Shown here: one piece after another, positions 26,522-36,166 of the stretch
How the letters are laid out: the number at the start of each line of letters is the position of its first letter
Position numbering within the stretch: the stretch's first letter is position 1
Origin: Desulfatiglandales bacterium
GTDB lineage: Bacteria; Desulfobacterota; DSM-4660; Desulfatiglandales; HGW-15
Assembly: GCA_963667015.2 (NCBI GenBank)
Contig: CAXXJJ010000004.1
Location: 1,248,001-1,312,000 of the forward strand
DNA length: 64,000 nucleotides
Reading direction: 5' to 3'
Program-made: the position numbers and the translations under genes
The notes under the pieces: model-generated
What the model was told of the DNA's origin: nothing
The model's database searches: none
What the model saw: the letters and a program-made list of their open reading frames with translations, nothing else

Positions 26522-27352
26522 TTAAAAGACCCAGGCAATACCCATTGTGAAATTTATCAATATTGTTTTATTTTCAGGCCACTTTGCGGAACCTTCCGTA
26601 TATTCTATCCAGCCGCTTCCACCCCAGTATGTCTTTTCACCGGACAACTCATAATAGAGTGACAGAGATGGAGAACATTTGTATTCTGCAACAGCCCTTG
26701 CACCGATAGAGTAACCGTCTTTTTCCGAGCTTTTCCACCCCGACAGGGCGCTGTTTTCAGTACGGGCATATACCGGCAAAAAACATTCAAAGCTATATTG
26801 AAACTGCCATGGGGAGACGGTTTTCAGGATACCATTCAAACCTCCTGCTGCAAATAACGCCCTTGTTGTTTCAATTGCCTTACCGCTGACAGGTTCAGAA
26901 AGAAAAAACCGGTACCTTTCCTGTCTGGATTTTGACCATCTGAGTCCCACATAAGGGCTGAGCCATGGATAGATCCTGTAGCCAATATTTCCGTCTATCC
27001 TTGTCATGGAGTATTCAAGATCGTTTGTCTGGTAAACTCTTTCAGAACGAACCCATTCTTCATTTTCTTCTTCTGAAGAAACCGGGAAAACCCCTTTTAT
27101 GCCAACAAATACATGGCTTAAATTCAGGCCTCCTTCAAATTTTGTTACAATGTTATACAGGGATGAATTCGTGTGGCTGTCTGTTTCGGGTTCGTTTTCA
27201 GTATAGGATAGATATTCAAGACCGCTTCCAATAACAAGATAGGCAAGTTTTTCATCTTTATGCTCTTCAGCATTGACCGATATACCCGCAGCTAATAGAA
27301 ATAACATAATTAATGGATACCGGAGCATACACAGATTGATTCTTTTCATCAT
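26522..27352 (-). CDS. Outer-membrane beta-barrel protein
   Basis: Signal peptide, amphipathic strands, C-terminal IAWVF. Confidence 0.65.
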   Translation of the reverse strand: MMKRINLCMLRYPLIMLFLLAAGISVNAEEHKDEKLAYLVIGSGLEYLSYTENEPETDSHTNSSLYNIVTKFEGGLNLSHVFVGIKGVFPVSSEEENEEWVRSERVYQTNDLEYSMTRIDGNIGYRIYPWLSPYVGLRWSKSRQERYRFFLSEPVSGKAIETTRALFAAGGLNGILKTVSPWQFQYSFECFLPVYARTENSALSGWKSSEKDGYSIGARAVAEYKCSPSLSLYYELSGEKTYWGGSGWIEYTEGSAKWPENKTILINFTMGIAWVF

Positions 27353-27457
27353 CTCTTCTCACATGAATTTCAGAGTTGTCACATTATTCAGGTCACATTC
27401 AGCGCTCTTTATTATAATATTCCGGAAAAAGATTCAACTATAGATGGTGTTCAGATA

Positions 27458-27500
27458 AGGAAAGGGTAAAGAGGATTTCCCCTTTATCCTTTCCTTTTTC
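27458..27500. terminator. Stem-loop / probable terminator after TrmJ gene
   Basis: AAGGAAAGGGTAAAG / CTTTATCCTTTCCTT. Confidence 0.5.
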
Positions 27501-27509
27501 AGACATGAT

Positions 27510-28268
27510 TTATTTAATATTTTTTTCAGAATTATCCTCAAGTCTTTTTCCTGTATACCAGTCAATCTGTCGGCAGATACCTCTGACAATACGAACCTCT
27601 CTTGCCCTCAAAGGCAGCCTTGAAAAGAATCTTCTCACATACATCATCCAGTGGTCAGGATTCTGGGGATTGAGAAAACCTATCTTTAAAAGCACGTCCT
27701 TCAGATGTTCATACATCCCTTCAAGCTCGAAATTATTGGCAAGGCGGGGTGGAGTTGATTCCGATTTATTCATCCCTGCCCTGAATATTTCGTAACAGAC
27801 AATAAGAACTGCCTGGGCGAGATTCAGGGATGAAAAGTCGGATGTGGGGATAGTTGTGATTGTATGGCAGTGTTGCAGGTGTTCATTTGAAAGGCCCCTG
27901 TCTTCAGGTCCGAACATTATGGCAATATCATTCTTTTGAGATATTTCAACTAGGCCTTCAGCAAGGGCCTGAGGTGATGTCATGGCTGGGCGCATATTAC
28001 CCAGTCGTGCAGTTGTCCCGGCTATATAGGTAAACCCTGCAATGGCCTCTTCCAGAGTTTCATATATTTTTATATTATCTATTATATCCATGGAATGTAT
28101 GGTGCCTGCCTTGAGCATCCGGTCCTTATCCGGGTTTTTAGGATTGACCAGAATAAGACGCCTTATTCCCATGTTATTTATTGCCCTTGCAGCAGCCCCG
28201 ATATTCTCAGGTATCTGTGTATCCACAAGGATAACCGCTATATTATCTTTTTTTAATGAGTGATCCAT
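27510..28268 (-). CDS. trmJ: tRNA/rRNA SPOUT methyltransferase, TrmJ family
   Basis: PENIGAAARA.NMG, GTTAR, FGPEDRGLSN, SLNLAQAV. Confidence 0.85.
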   Translation of the reverse strand: MDHSLKKDNIAVILVDTQIPENIGAAARAINNMGIRRLILVNPKNPDKDRMLKAGTIHSMDIIDNIKIYETLEEAIAGFTYIAGTTARLGNMRPAMTSPQALAEGLVEISQKNDIAIMFGPEDRGLSNEHLQHCHTITTIPTSDFSSLNLAQAVLIVCYEIFRAGMNKSESTPPRLANNFELEGMYEHLKDVLLKIGFLNPQNPDHWMMYVRRFFSRLPLRAREVRIVRGICRQIDWYTGKRLEDNSEKNIK

Positions 28269-28305
28269 AAAAGCTTTTAAGATTGAACCGCCCGCTCCGC
28301 TCAAG

Positions 28306-28453
28306 ACGCTAAGAGCGCAAAGAAATTATAATATTTTTATCTTCGTGTCTTGTATGGCAATCTTTGTTATGTAGCCACTAAGGCACTAAGACACAAAGTT
28401 TTTTTAAATTTATGCTTTTGCTTTTCTTCGTGCCTTTGTGGCTTAGTGGCTGT
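28306..28453. repeat. REP/MITE-like inverted repeats of 9-bp units
   Basis: AGCCACTAAG GCACTAAG ACACAAAG ... CTTCGTG CCTTTGTG GCTTAGTGGCT (28373-28452), with a more degenerate copy just before. Confidence 0.65.
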
Positions 28454-28463
28454 TTTAAATTTT

Positions 28464-31400
28464 TTAAGAAAAATCTTCCGGTTTTGTTCCCGTCAGTTTA
28501 TAAAATGGCGCCCAGTATGCCCTCTTCATCTTTTTTATACCCTTTTCGTAGGCAATCCCTGATGTATACATAAATGAATACAAGGTCGGGACAACTACAA
28601 GGGTCAAAATAGTCGCTATTGCGAGTCCGAATATTACCGCAATAGCCATTGATGACCACCACTGGCTGGATTCACTCACCCAGCATATCTCCATAATATG
28701 AAAGTCATAGGATATACCTGTAACCATTGGCAATAACCCGAGTATTGTTGTTATGGCTGTTAAAATAACAGGTCTCAGTCTGGTACATCCCGCAGCAACT
28801 ATTGCATCCCTTACTTGCATGCCCCGTTCACGAAGCCTGTTTGTATAGTCGATAAGTACAATAGCATTATTTACCACAACACCTACAAGTGAAATAACAC
28901 CAACGCCGGTCATTATTACCCCAAAGGGATAATGCATGACAGTAAGCCCGAAAAATACCCCTCCAAGCGACAGGAGGACCGATATCATAATAATTGTAAC
29001 CTGTGCAATGGAATTAAAAAGCGCAACCAGGATAATAACTACAAGAAAAACAGAGACTAAAAATGCCATTTCAAGAAAATCTTCAGACTCCTTCTGCATA
29101 TCTTCTTCACCGGTGAACTTGATATTATAACCGGGAGGCAGGTCAAATTTGGCAAGGTATTTTTCAGCTTCACGCCTTATATCGGAACCCGTAACAACAT
29201 CCTCATCAACACTGGCCTTTACCGTAACCACCCTCTCCTCATTTATCCTGTTTATCTGTCCGAGCCCACCTGTTACCTCGAATTTAGCAATGGTACTTAA
29301 AGGGACAAGCCCCTGAGCTGTGGGTATAAGCAGTTCCCGAAGGATGTCTGTCTTTTTTCGCGCATCTTCTCCAAGCTGTATTGTAATATCATAATCATCA
29401 TTGGATTCACGGTATGTTGATATTTTCATGCCGTTATATGCAATCTTTAGTACAAACCCAATAGTGTTGGTAGAAAGGCCAAGCATGGCAGCCTTCTGCC
29501 TGTCAACATGTACTTTTATAGTGGGAGATCCTGCAACAAAATCATCACGCACATCATATACAAAAGGCATTTTTTCAAGGACGTCACAGACCTGTTTGGC
29601 AATACTGCCAAGAATTTCCGGTCTATCACCTGATATTTCAATATTAATGGCATCCCCGGTCGGAGGACCCTCCTCCTCTTCTGAAAGAGTTATCTTGCCT
29701 CCGACTACATTTTTTATTCTGTCCCTTATCATGCTGATATTCTCAGATGATGATTTATTTCTCTCCTTCAACCCATATAACTGTACCCCTATCCGGTTTG
29801 GAGAATTGTCCTCAAACAGAGATACCCCTCCGGACTGAACAGAAACTGCGCGGGAGTTTATGTACTCAACATCCGACATATCAGTGATGCCTTCAACCTT
29901 CTGCCCATCTTTTAAGGTATGTTTTTTATTATCCCTGTCGGCATTATAGCAGTCAGAAGGTTCTTCATCCGGTGCCGGCAACCCGTAGTCGGCACCTCTG
30001 CATAAAGCAAGCTCAACCTGTTTTGCCACCCTGTCGGAATAGTCCAGGTCAGCCCCTTCGGGCATTTCGATATTTATATAGATATCTTCAGGATCAATAC
30101 TGGGAAAAAACTCAACGGATTTATCAAGCCCTACCCTGTAAAACCAGATCATTATCAGTAATCCTACAATCAGAAAAGACATGAGAAGAACCGGGAGTCT
30201 GTTATTCAGTGCACCTTCCAGCACCTTTTTGTAGAATTTTAATATAGGGCCATTTACGGCGATCGGGGCCTCACCTGCTTTTTCAACATCTTCAGCAGTT
30301 ATAGATCCCTTTGTGGTATCAGTCTGAGGCTGTTTCATAAATATAGCTGCCATTACAGGATTAATCACAAGGGCCACAAAAAGTGATGATAACAGGGTTA
30401 TAATTACTGTCTCCGGAAGATATTTCATAAACCCGCCCATTATACCCGGCCAGAATACGAGCGGGAAAAATGCAGCAACCGTTGTAAGGGTTGAAGCAGC
30501 AACAGGCATGGCCACTTCATTGGTGGCCTTTACCGCAGCCTGCATTTTCGGAACTCCCTGCTCCATATACCTGAAGATATTTTCAACAATAACAATAGCA
30601 TTATCTACAAGCATTCCCAAAGCAAGGGTAAGGGAAAAAAGCACAACCATATTAAGGGTTATTCCCAGGGCATCCAGAACTACAAATGAAATGAACATGG
30701 AAAATGGAATTGCAAGGCTTACAAGAATAGCATTTCTTATACCCATGGCAAAAAAAAGCACAAATATTACCAGCAGAAGACCGGTTATTATATTATTCTC
30801 CAGATCCTCCACCAGCATGCGTACATCTTTAGCCTCATTCATCAGCATTGTGATTTCGGTTCCTGCGGGCCATGATCCTGACTGCCTGTCTATTATCTCA
30901 TTTACCCTGTCGACAATCTTAATAATATTTTCACCTGAACGTTTTTTGATCTGTATATTGACGGCTGGATTACCATTTAACCGGGAACGTCCGGTCTCTT
31001 CCTTGTAGCCGTCAACTACCTTTGCTACATCCTTGAGATAAACAGGGCGTCCGCCATAAGTCCCCACAACAAGACCATAAATTTCATCCGGCGTCTTGAA
31101 TTCACCAGGCACCCTTAGCTGAAACCTGCCGTCTCCCATCCGGATACCCCCCCCGGAGGTATTCCTGTTTTCACTGGCAATTACAGACTGAAGTTCAACT
31201 ATGGAAAGACCGTAATAGGCAAGCTTTGACGGGTCCGGTTCAACCCTTATCTCCCTTTCAAGCCCTCCTGTTATTTCCGCTTCCAGGACTCCGGGGACGG
31301 CTTCTATCTCGTCACTCAGATCATCGGCAATATCCTTTATCCTGACAAGCCCGACTGTGCCGGATATTGAAAGAACAAGGATAGGCATTTCAGAGACATT

Positions 31401-31799
31401 TATTTCGCTTACAATGGGATCATCTTCAAGGTCGGATGGCAGTTCACCCTTTGCCATGTCAACCTTGTCCTTGGTTTTTGTGACCACCTCATCGATATCA
31501 GTGCCGGTTATAAATTCAATTACAATTGAACTTGCTCCTTCCACGCTGCTTGAACTTATATTCTTAACACCCTCAAGTCCCTTGAGCTTTTTTTCTATAG
31601 GGATTGTAATCGACTGTTCAATATCTTCAGGAGCAACACCGGAATACATGGTACTGATAAAGACATAGGGTATAGGAATATCAGGTGCCGACTCCCTTGG
31701 CATGGAATAATAGGACACTATCCCGAATATTATGAGACAAACTGACAATACTACTACGGCGGTTCTTTTTTTTACGGAAATCTCTGTTATGGAGGTCAT
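28464..31799 (-). CDS. AcrB/AcrD/AcrF family RND efflux permease
   Basis: GMLVDNAIVIVEN, VVNNAIVLID, RLRPVILT. Confidence 0.95.
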   Translation of the reverse strand: MTSITEISVKKRTAVVVLSVCLIIFGIVSYYSMPRESAPDIPIPYVFISTMYSGVAPEDIEQSITIPIEKKLKGLEGVKNISSSSVEGASSIVIEFITGTDIDEVVTKTKDKVDMAKGELPSDLEDDPIVSEINVSEMPILVLSISGTVGLVRIKDIADDLSDEIEAVPGVLEAEITGGLEREIRVEPDPSKLAYYGLSIVELQSVIASENRNTSGGGIRMGDGRFQLRVPGEFKTPDEIYGLVVGTYGGRPVYLKDVAKVVDGYKEETGRSRLNGNPAVNIQIKKRSGENIIKIVDRVNEIIDRQSGSWPAGTEITMLMNEAKDVRMLVEDLENNIITGLLLVIFVLFFAMGIRNAILVSLAIPFSMFISFVVLDALGITLNMVVLFSLTLALGMLVDNAIVIVENIFRYMEQGVPKMQAAVKATNEVAMPVAASTLTTVAAFFPLVFWPGIMGGFMKYLPETVIITLLSSLFVALVINPVMAAIFMKQPQTDTTKGSITAEDVEKAGEAPIAVNGPILKFYKKVLEGALNNRLPVLLMSFLIVGLLIMIWFYRVGLDKSVEFFPSIDPEDIYINIEMPEGADLDYSDRVAKQVELALCRGADYGLPAPDEEPSDCYNADRDNKKHTLKDGQKVEGITDMSDVEYINSRAVSVQSGGVSLFEDNSPNRIGVQLYGLKERNKSSSENISMIRDRIKNVVGGKITLSEEEEGPPTGDAINIEISGDRPEILGSIAKQVCDVLEKMPFVYDVRDDFVAGSPTIKVHVDRQKAAMLGLSTNTIGFVLKIAYNGMKISTYRESNDDYDITIQLGEDARKKTDILRELLIPTAQGLVPLSTIAKFEVTGGLGQINRINEERVVTVKASVDEDVVTGSDIRREAEKYLAKFDLPPGYNIKFTGEEDMQKESEDFLEMAFLVSVFLVVIILVALFNSIAQVTIIMISVLLSLGGVFFGLTVMHYPFGVIMTGVGVISLVGVVVNNAIVLIDYTNRLRERGMQVRDAIVAAGCTRLRPVILTAITTILGLLPMVTGISYDFHIMEICWVSESSQWWSSMAIAVIFGLAIATILTLVVVPTLYSFMYTSGIAYEKGIKKMKRAYWAPFYKLTGTKPEDFS

Positions 31800-32938
31800 G
31801 AATTAATAATCTCCCTGGGGTCCTTTACCATCTTGATAACATCGATTTTCTGACCGCTGTCCAGACTCCTTTGCCCCACAATAATAAGACGATCACCAGG
31901 CTCAAGACCTTTTTTAATCTGTATCTCCCAGTCTGAAAGTAATCCGAGTTCAACATTTCTTTTCTCGGCCTTGCCATCTTTCTCAACATATACAAACTTC
32001 TCATTATTCTGTGTAATAACAGAATATAGAGGGATAACAGCGGTATCTTCAAAGGTCTGCTTTACTATTTCGACACGCGCGAACATCCCCGGTAAGATAT
32101 GTCCGTCAGGATTGGGGACAACGAGCTCCAGGTTATAGAGCCTTGCCATAGTGCCTGGACTTCGTGAAAGAAAAACCTTTTTGCCCTTAACAGTCAGGTT
32201 CAGAGCTTCTATTGTAACATCCGCCTCTTTCAGGTTGAATACTCCTGCAACGTCACTTTCAGGAATACCCACCGTAACCTTTACATTGCCTATCTGAAGT
32301 ATCTGTGCAACAGGTTTATCAACACCCATCCAGTCGCCTATTTTGGCTTCTATCTCATTCAGCCTGCCGCTTATGGGGGCCTTTATCCTGGTTCTCTCCA
32401 GTGCAAGCCTTGTTTCACTAAGCTGTGACTTTAATGACTTAAGCTGGGCATCTATTTTGTCCAGATCAGTAGTTGCTGCGATCTTTTTTTCAGCAAGTGC
32501 TGATATACGTTTATACTCCATCTGAGCAAGGTCATAATTGGCCTCAACACTGTCCAGCCTTAACTGATAATCCCTGTCATCAAGATTTACCAGAACCTGT
32601 CCCTTTTCAACATATTCCCCTTCCTTTACAAGGATATCAACAATCTGGCCGGAGACTTCAGATTTTACCATCAGATCTTCGAATGATTCAACCATTGCAG
32701 GAAGATTTATCCTGTCCTTCAGCTCTCTTTTTTCTATGAGCATTGTTACAACCTTTACAGCAGGAGTTTCTTCCTTGATGGCATTTCTTCTCTCCTCTTC
32801 AATCCTTTGCTTTTTGGCATAGAGCATCAAGCCGACACTTACCGTTATCACAAGGAGTACAATGACAAGCACCCATGGCAAATTTCCCCAGATTGCTCGA
32901 AATATTTTTATTTTTGTATCTGATTTAGGTTGAGACAT
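31796..32938 (-). CDS. RND periplasmic adaptor (membrane fusion protein)
   Basis: N-terminal TM, V.SEVSGQI, IKAPISG, PGMFARV. Confidence 0.92.
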   Translation of the reverse strand: MSQPKSDTKIKIFRAIWGNLPWVLVIVLLVITVSVGLMLYAKKQRIEEERRNAIKEETPAVKVVTMLIEKRELKDRINLPAMVESFEDLMVKSEVSGQIVDILVKEGEYVEKGQVLVNLDDRDYQLRLDSVEANYDLAQMEYKRISALAEKKIAATTDLDKIDAQLKSLKSQLSETRLALERTRIKAPISGRLNEIEAKIGDWMGVDKPVAQILQIGNVKVTVGIPESDVAGVFNLKEADVTIEALNLTVKGKKVFLSRSPGTMARLYNLELVVPNPDGHILPGMFARVEIVKQTFEDTAVIPLYSVITQNNEKFVYVEKDGKAEKRNVELGLLSDWEIQIKKGLEPGDRLIIVGQRSLDSGQKIDVIKMVKDPREIINS

Positions 32939-33313
32939 AACCTTTTTCCTTTTGTTATTAGATTATCTGTTGATATCGCATACAGACAGCTTAAAGATGT
33001 TCACGGTTCCTGGAATTTTTTAAAACAGGATTATTTTTGTAATTTTAGTCCTGATGAGGGTATTTATCACCTTTGTGATCAGAGGTGTGTGATTTTCATC
33101 CTATGCTACCGTATCAAGCAAACACGAAGTATTTTTCTCCGCAAATATATGAGGATATAGCATAACTGTCAAGTAACAAAAAAGAATCAACATAATTCTT
33201 GAAATCCGAGACTAATTATTTTAATTAACTATTTAGTTTAAAACATAGAACATTTTTTATTTTTAGTTTTCTATACATAACAATCTTCACATCAATAGGA
33301 AAAAGCACTGACA

Positions 33314-34027
33314 ATGGATAAAATATCCATAAAAGACTACGAAAAATATATCAAGGCACTGTCTGACATAAGCAGTGCAATTACATCGGATCTGTACATT
33401 GAGGAGATTCTTAAACTCATAGTAATGGTTACCGCAAAGGTTACCGGTCTTGAAATATGTTCTCTCTGGCTTGTGGACAATTCCAACAGCCAGAAAAAGA
33501 TTCGATTAAAGGCTACACAGGCGATTGACCCGGAGTATGTTCAGGATAGATCCCTTGACAGTAATGAAGGTGTTGTAGGCTATGTAGTTACAAATAATGA
33601 GCCTCTTATTTTAAAAGATGTATTAAAGGATCCAAGATTCAAGGAAAAAGAGATGGCAAAGAAACTTGGACTTGTATCAATGCTGAGTATACCTCTCCAG
33701 GCTAAAAAAGGAGAAGTTATTGGTGTACTGAACTGTTTCACCGCAGTTTCGCACGATTTTACCGAACCTGAGATAAACCTTATAACAGCAGTTGCAAACC
33801 AGGCCGCTGTAGCCATCATCAATACCGAATTAATGGTCAGGTCCAAGGTAATCCAGGAAGAACTGGAAACACGCAAACTGGTTGAAAGAGCTAAAGAAAT
33901 AATTATGAACAGAAAAAAAATCAGCGGGAATGAAGCCTTCAGGTGGATACAGAGGCAAAGCATGAATTCCCGCAAATCGATGAGACAGATTGCTGAGGCA
34001 ATCCTGCTCTCAGAGGATATAGGATAG
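33314..34027 (+). CDS. GAF + ANTAR RNA-binding antiterminator
   Basis: GAF domain then LETRKLVERAK..M......EAF.WI..QSM..R.SM.QIAEAI. Confidence 0.92.
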   Translation: MDKISIKDYEKYIKALSDISSAITSDLYIEEILKLIVMVTAKVTGLEICSLWLVDNSNSQKKIRLKATQAIDPEYVQDRSLDSNEGVVGYVVTNNEPLILKDVLKDPRFKEKEMAKKLGLVSMLSIPLQAKKGEVIGVLNCFTAVSHDFTEPEINLITAVANQAAVAIINTELMVRSKVIQEELETRKLVERAKEIIMNRKKISGNEAFRWIQRQSMNSRKSMRQIAEAILLSEDIG

Positions 34028-34192
34028 ATCTGTTAAATTCTGCTCCCTGCACGGAAAAAACATTTCAACAAAAGTCATCCAAACTATCTTTGAACCAAGC
34101 TGAAACAAGATCTGCTTAAATCCGGACCCCATTCTTTTTTATATGCCATCTTAAGTATCACTAATTTTTAATGAAATTTTTAAATATATCTA

Positions 34193-34222
34193 TTGACATT
34201 TATATTTAGTATTACTAATAAT
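34193..34222 (+). promoter_or_regulatory. sigma70-type promoter
   Basis: TTGACA at 34193, TAATAAT about 17 bp downstream. Confidence 0.55.
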
Positions 34223-34237
34223 ACCCTACACTTTTTA

Positions 34238-34310
34238 TTTACACAAAGGCGTGTAAAAACACTGATACGACAAAGACGTCCACTCCCTGCAGGGAGAGAC
34301 GTCTTTTTTT
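34238..34310 (+). ncRNA. ANTAR-target dual-hairpin RNA overlapping an intrinsic terminator
   Basis: P1 TTTACAC-AAAGGC-GTGTAAA; P2 GAC-AAAGAC-GTC; terminator AAAGACGTC..CTCCC-TGCA-GGGAG.GACGTCTTT plus T run. Confidence 0.85.
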
Positions 34311-34375
34311 ATTTTAAGTACCCATCTTCTTTAACGAGGGAAGATACCCAATCAATTTCCATAAGGAGGAAAACA

Positions 34376-36028
34376 ATGAGGTTTGAGAAAAACAATGATG
34401 TTCTAGGTACAGTTAACAGAGGTAATCCTGCCGAATCAAGTCTGTGCACACTCTGCAGGGCAGATTGTCAGGGTAAATGTGAAACCTGGCTGTCAAGCCT
34501 GGTAGGCCGTAAACTTCTTTATCCCAGGGATTTTGGAACAGTAACAGCCGGTGCAAACAACACGACCCATGTCGGAGTTAACTATAATGCACTTAGAATA
34601 CAGGGCTATGCATATGGTGCCAACGGTTTAAAAAAGGGTCTCTCAAACAACCCTGATGACTGTATATTCCCGAATGTTGATCTTTCAACCGAGTTTGGAA
34701 ATGAGATGAAGACCAAGATTCGTGTCCCGATGATGACCGGAGCCCTGGGCTCAACCTTTATCGCAGCAAAATACTGGGATTCATTTGCTATTGGCGGCTC
34801 CCTGGTCGGCATACCCGTAGTAATTGGAGAAAATGTAGTTGGAGTTGACCTGGAATCCAAGATTGGTAAGGGAAAATCAAAAAAGGGTAAAATTACAAGC
34901 GCCCCTGAACTGGAAAGAAGAATAGATACCTACCTGAGATACCATGACGGCTATGGCGCAATTATTGTCCAGCTGAATGTTGAAGATACAAGAAACGGAG
35001 TGGCTGAATTTGTCGCCGCCAAATATGGAAACAAATGTATTATTGAGCTGAAATGGGGACAGGGAGCAAAGGATATAGGTGGAGAAATTCAGGTCACAAG
35101 TCTTGAATATGCGACATTCCTCAAGGAACGCGGCTATGTTGTTGACCCGGATCCTACAAAACCTGAAGTACAGCAGGCATTCAAGGAGGGTTCAATTAAA
35201 TCCTTTGCCCGCCACAGCAGACTCGGCGGAACGAACCTCGATACGGTTGACCAGGTAAGACAGGATTTCATGGAATCGGTTGAATATCTCCGCAGCCTGG
35301 GCTTCAAGAGAATCACCCTTAAAACCGGTTCATATGGAATGGAAGAACTGGCAATGGCTATAAAATTTGCTACCGATGCAAAATGCGATCTGCTTACCAT
35401 TGACGGGTCGGGCGGCGGAACAGGCATGAGCCCATGGAACATGATGCAGAGCTGGGGAGTACCATCCATATTCCTCCACTCAAAGGCATATGAATACGCC
35501 AGCATTCTTGCGGCAAAGGGTGAGAAGGTTGTTGATATGTCATTTGCCGGTGGATTTGCCCTTGAAGACAGCATATTTAAGGCACTGGCTCTTGGCGCAC
35601 CTTTTACAAAGCTCGTGTGCATGGGCAGGGCAATAATGATACCGGGCTTTGTAGGTTCAAATATCGAAGGTGTGCTGAACCCGGAAAAGAAAGAAGCCCT
35701 GTGCGGAAACTGGGATAAACTCCCAAAAACAGTGTCGGATATCGGTGAAAAGGCTGAAGAGATATTCGCATCCTATTTTGATGTACAGAAAAAGGTAGGA
35801 AAGAAAGAAATGAAGAATATCCCCTATGGTGCAATTGCATTTTATACCATGGCAGATAAACTTGCCTGCGGTATCCAGCAGCTTATGGCCGGAGCGAGAA
35901 AGTTCTCTCTTGACCAGATCAGCAGAGCAGACCTTTTCTCCGCCAACAGGGAAACATCCAAAGAGACAGGAATTCCTCATGTTTCTGACATTAACAACGA
36001 AACAGCTTTAAAAATACTTAACTCATAA
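34376..36028 (+). CDS. FMN-binding glutamate synthase family protein
   Basis: CTLC..C..C, ELKWGQGAK..GG, IDGSGGGTG, AGG, KALALGA; AAGGAGG RBS. Confidence 0.88.
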   Translation: MRFEKNNDVLGTVNRGNPAESSLCTLCRADCQGKCETWLSSLVGRKLLYPRDFGTVTAGANNTTHVGVNYNALRIQGYAYGANGLKKGLSNNPDDCIFPNVDLSTEFGNEMKTKIRVPMMTGALGSTFIAAKYWDSFAIGGSLVGIPVVIGENVVGVDLESKIGKGKSKKGKITSAPELERRIDTYLRYHDGYGAIIVQLNVEDTRNGVAEFVAAKYGNKCIIELKWGQGAKDIGGEIQVTSLEYATFLKERGYVVDPDPTKPEVQQAFKEGSIKSFARHSRLGGTNLDTVDQVRQDFMESVEYLRSLGFKRITLKTGSYGMEELAMAIKFATDAKCDLLTIDGSGGGTGMSPWNMMQSWGVPSIFLHSKAYEYASILAAKGEKVVDMSFAGGFALEDSIFKALALGAPFTKLVCMGRAIMIPGFVGSNIEGVLNPEKKEALCGNWDKLPKTVSDIGEKAEEIFASYFDVQKKVGKKEMKNIPYGAIAFYTMADKLACGIQQLMAGARKFSLDQISRADLFSANRETSKETGIPHVSDINNETALKILNS

Positions 36029-36050
36029 CATCATATAATTTGCCATACTG

Positions 36051-36086
36051 AAAAAGGCCTTCCGGGCATACCCCGGAAGGCCTTTT
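36051..36086. terminator. Bidirectional intrinsic terminator
   Basis: AAAAAGGCCTTCCGGG / CCCGGAAGGCCTTTT. Confidence 0.85.
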
Positions 36087-36166
36087 ATATGTTATATCGT
36101 TAAGTTATATTGCATTTATGTCTTTCACTTGATCCCTTGGCCCCTCGAACCCATGAGCCCTGACTT

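Noticed and set aside
34193..34375. 61-codon N-terminal extension of the glutamate synthase ORF
   Set aside because: It spans the promoter, ANTAR hairpins and terminator; the real start is ATG 34376 behind AAGGAGG.
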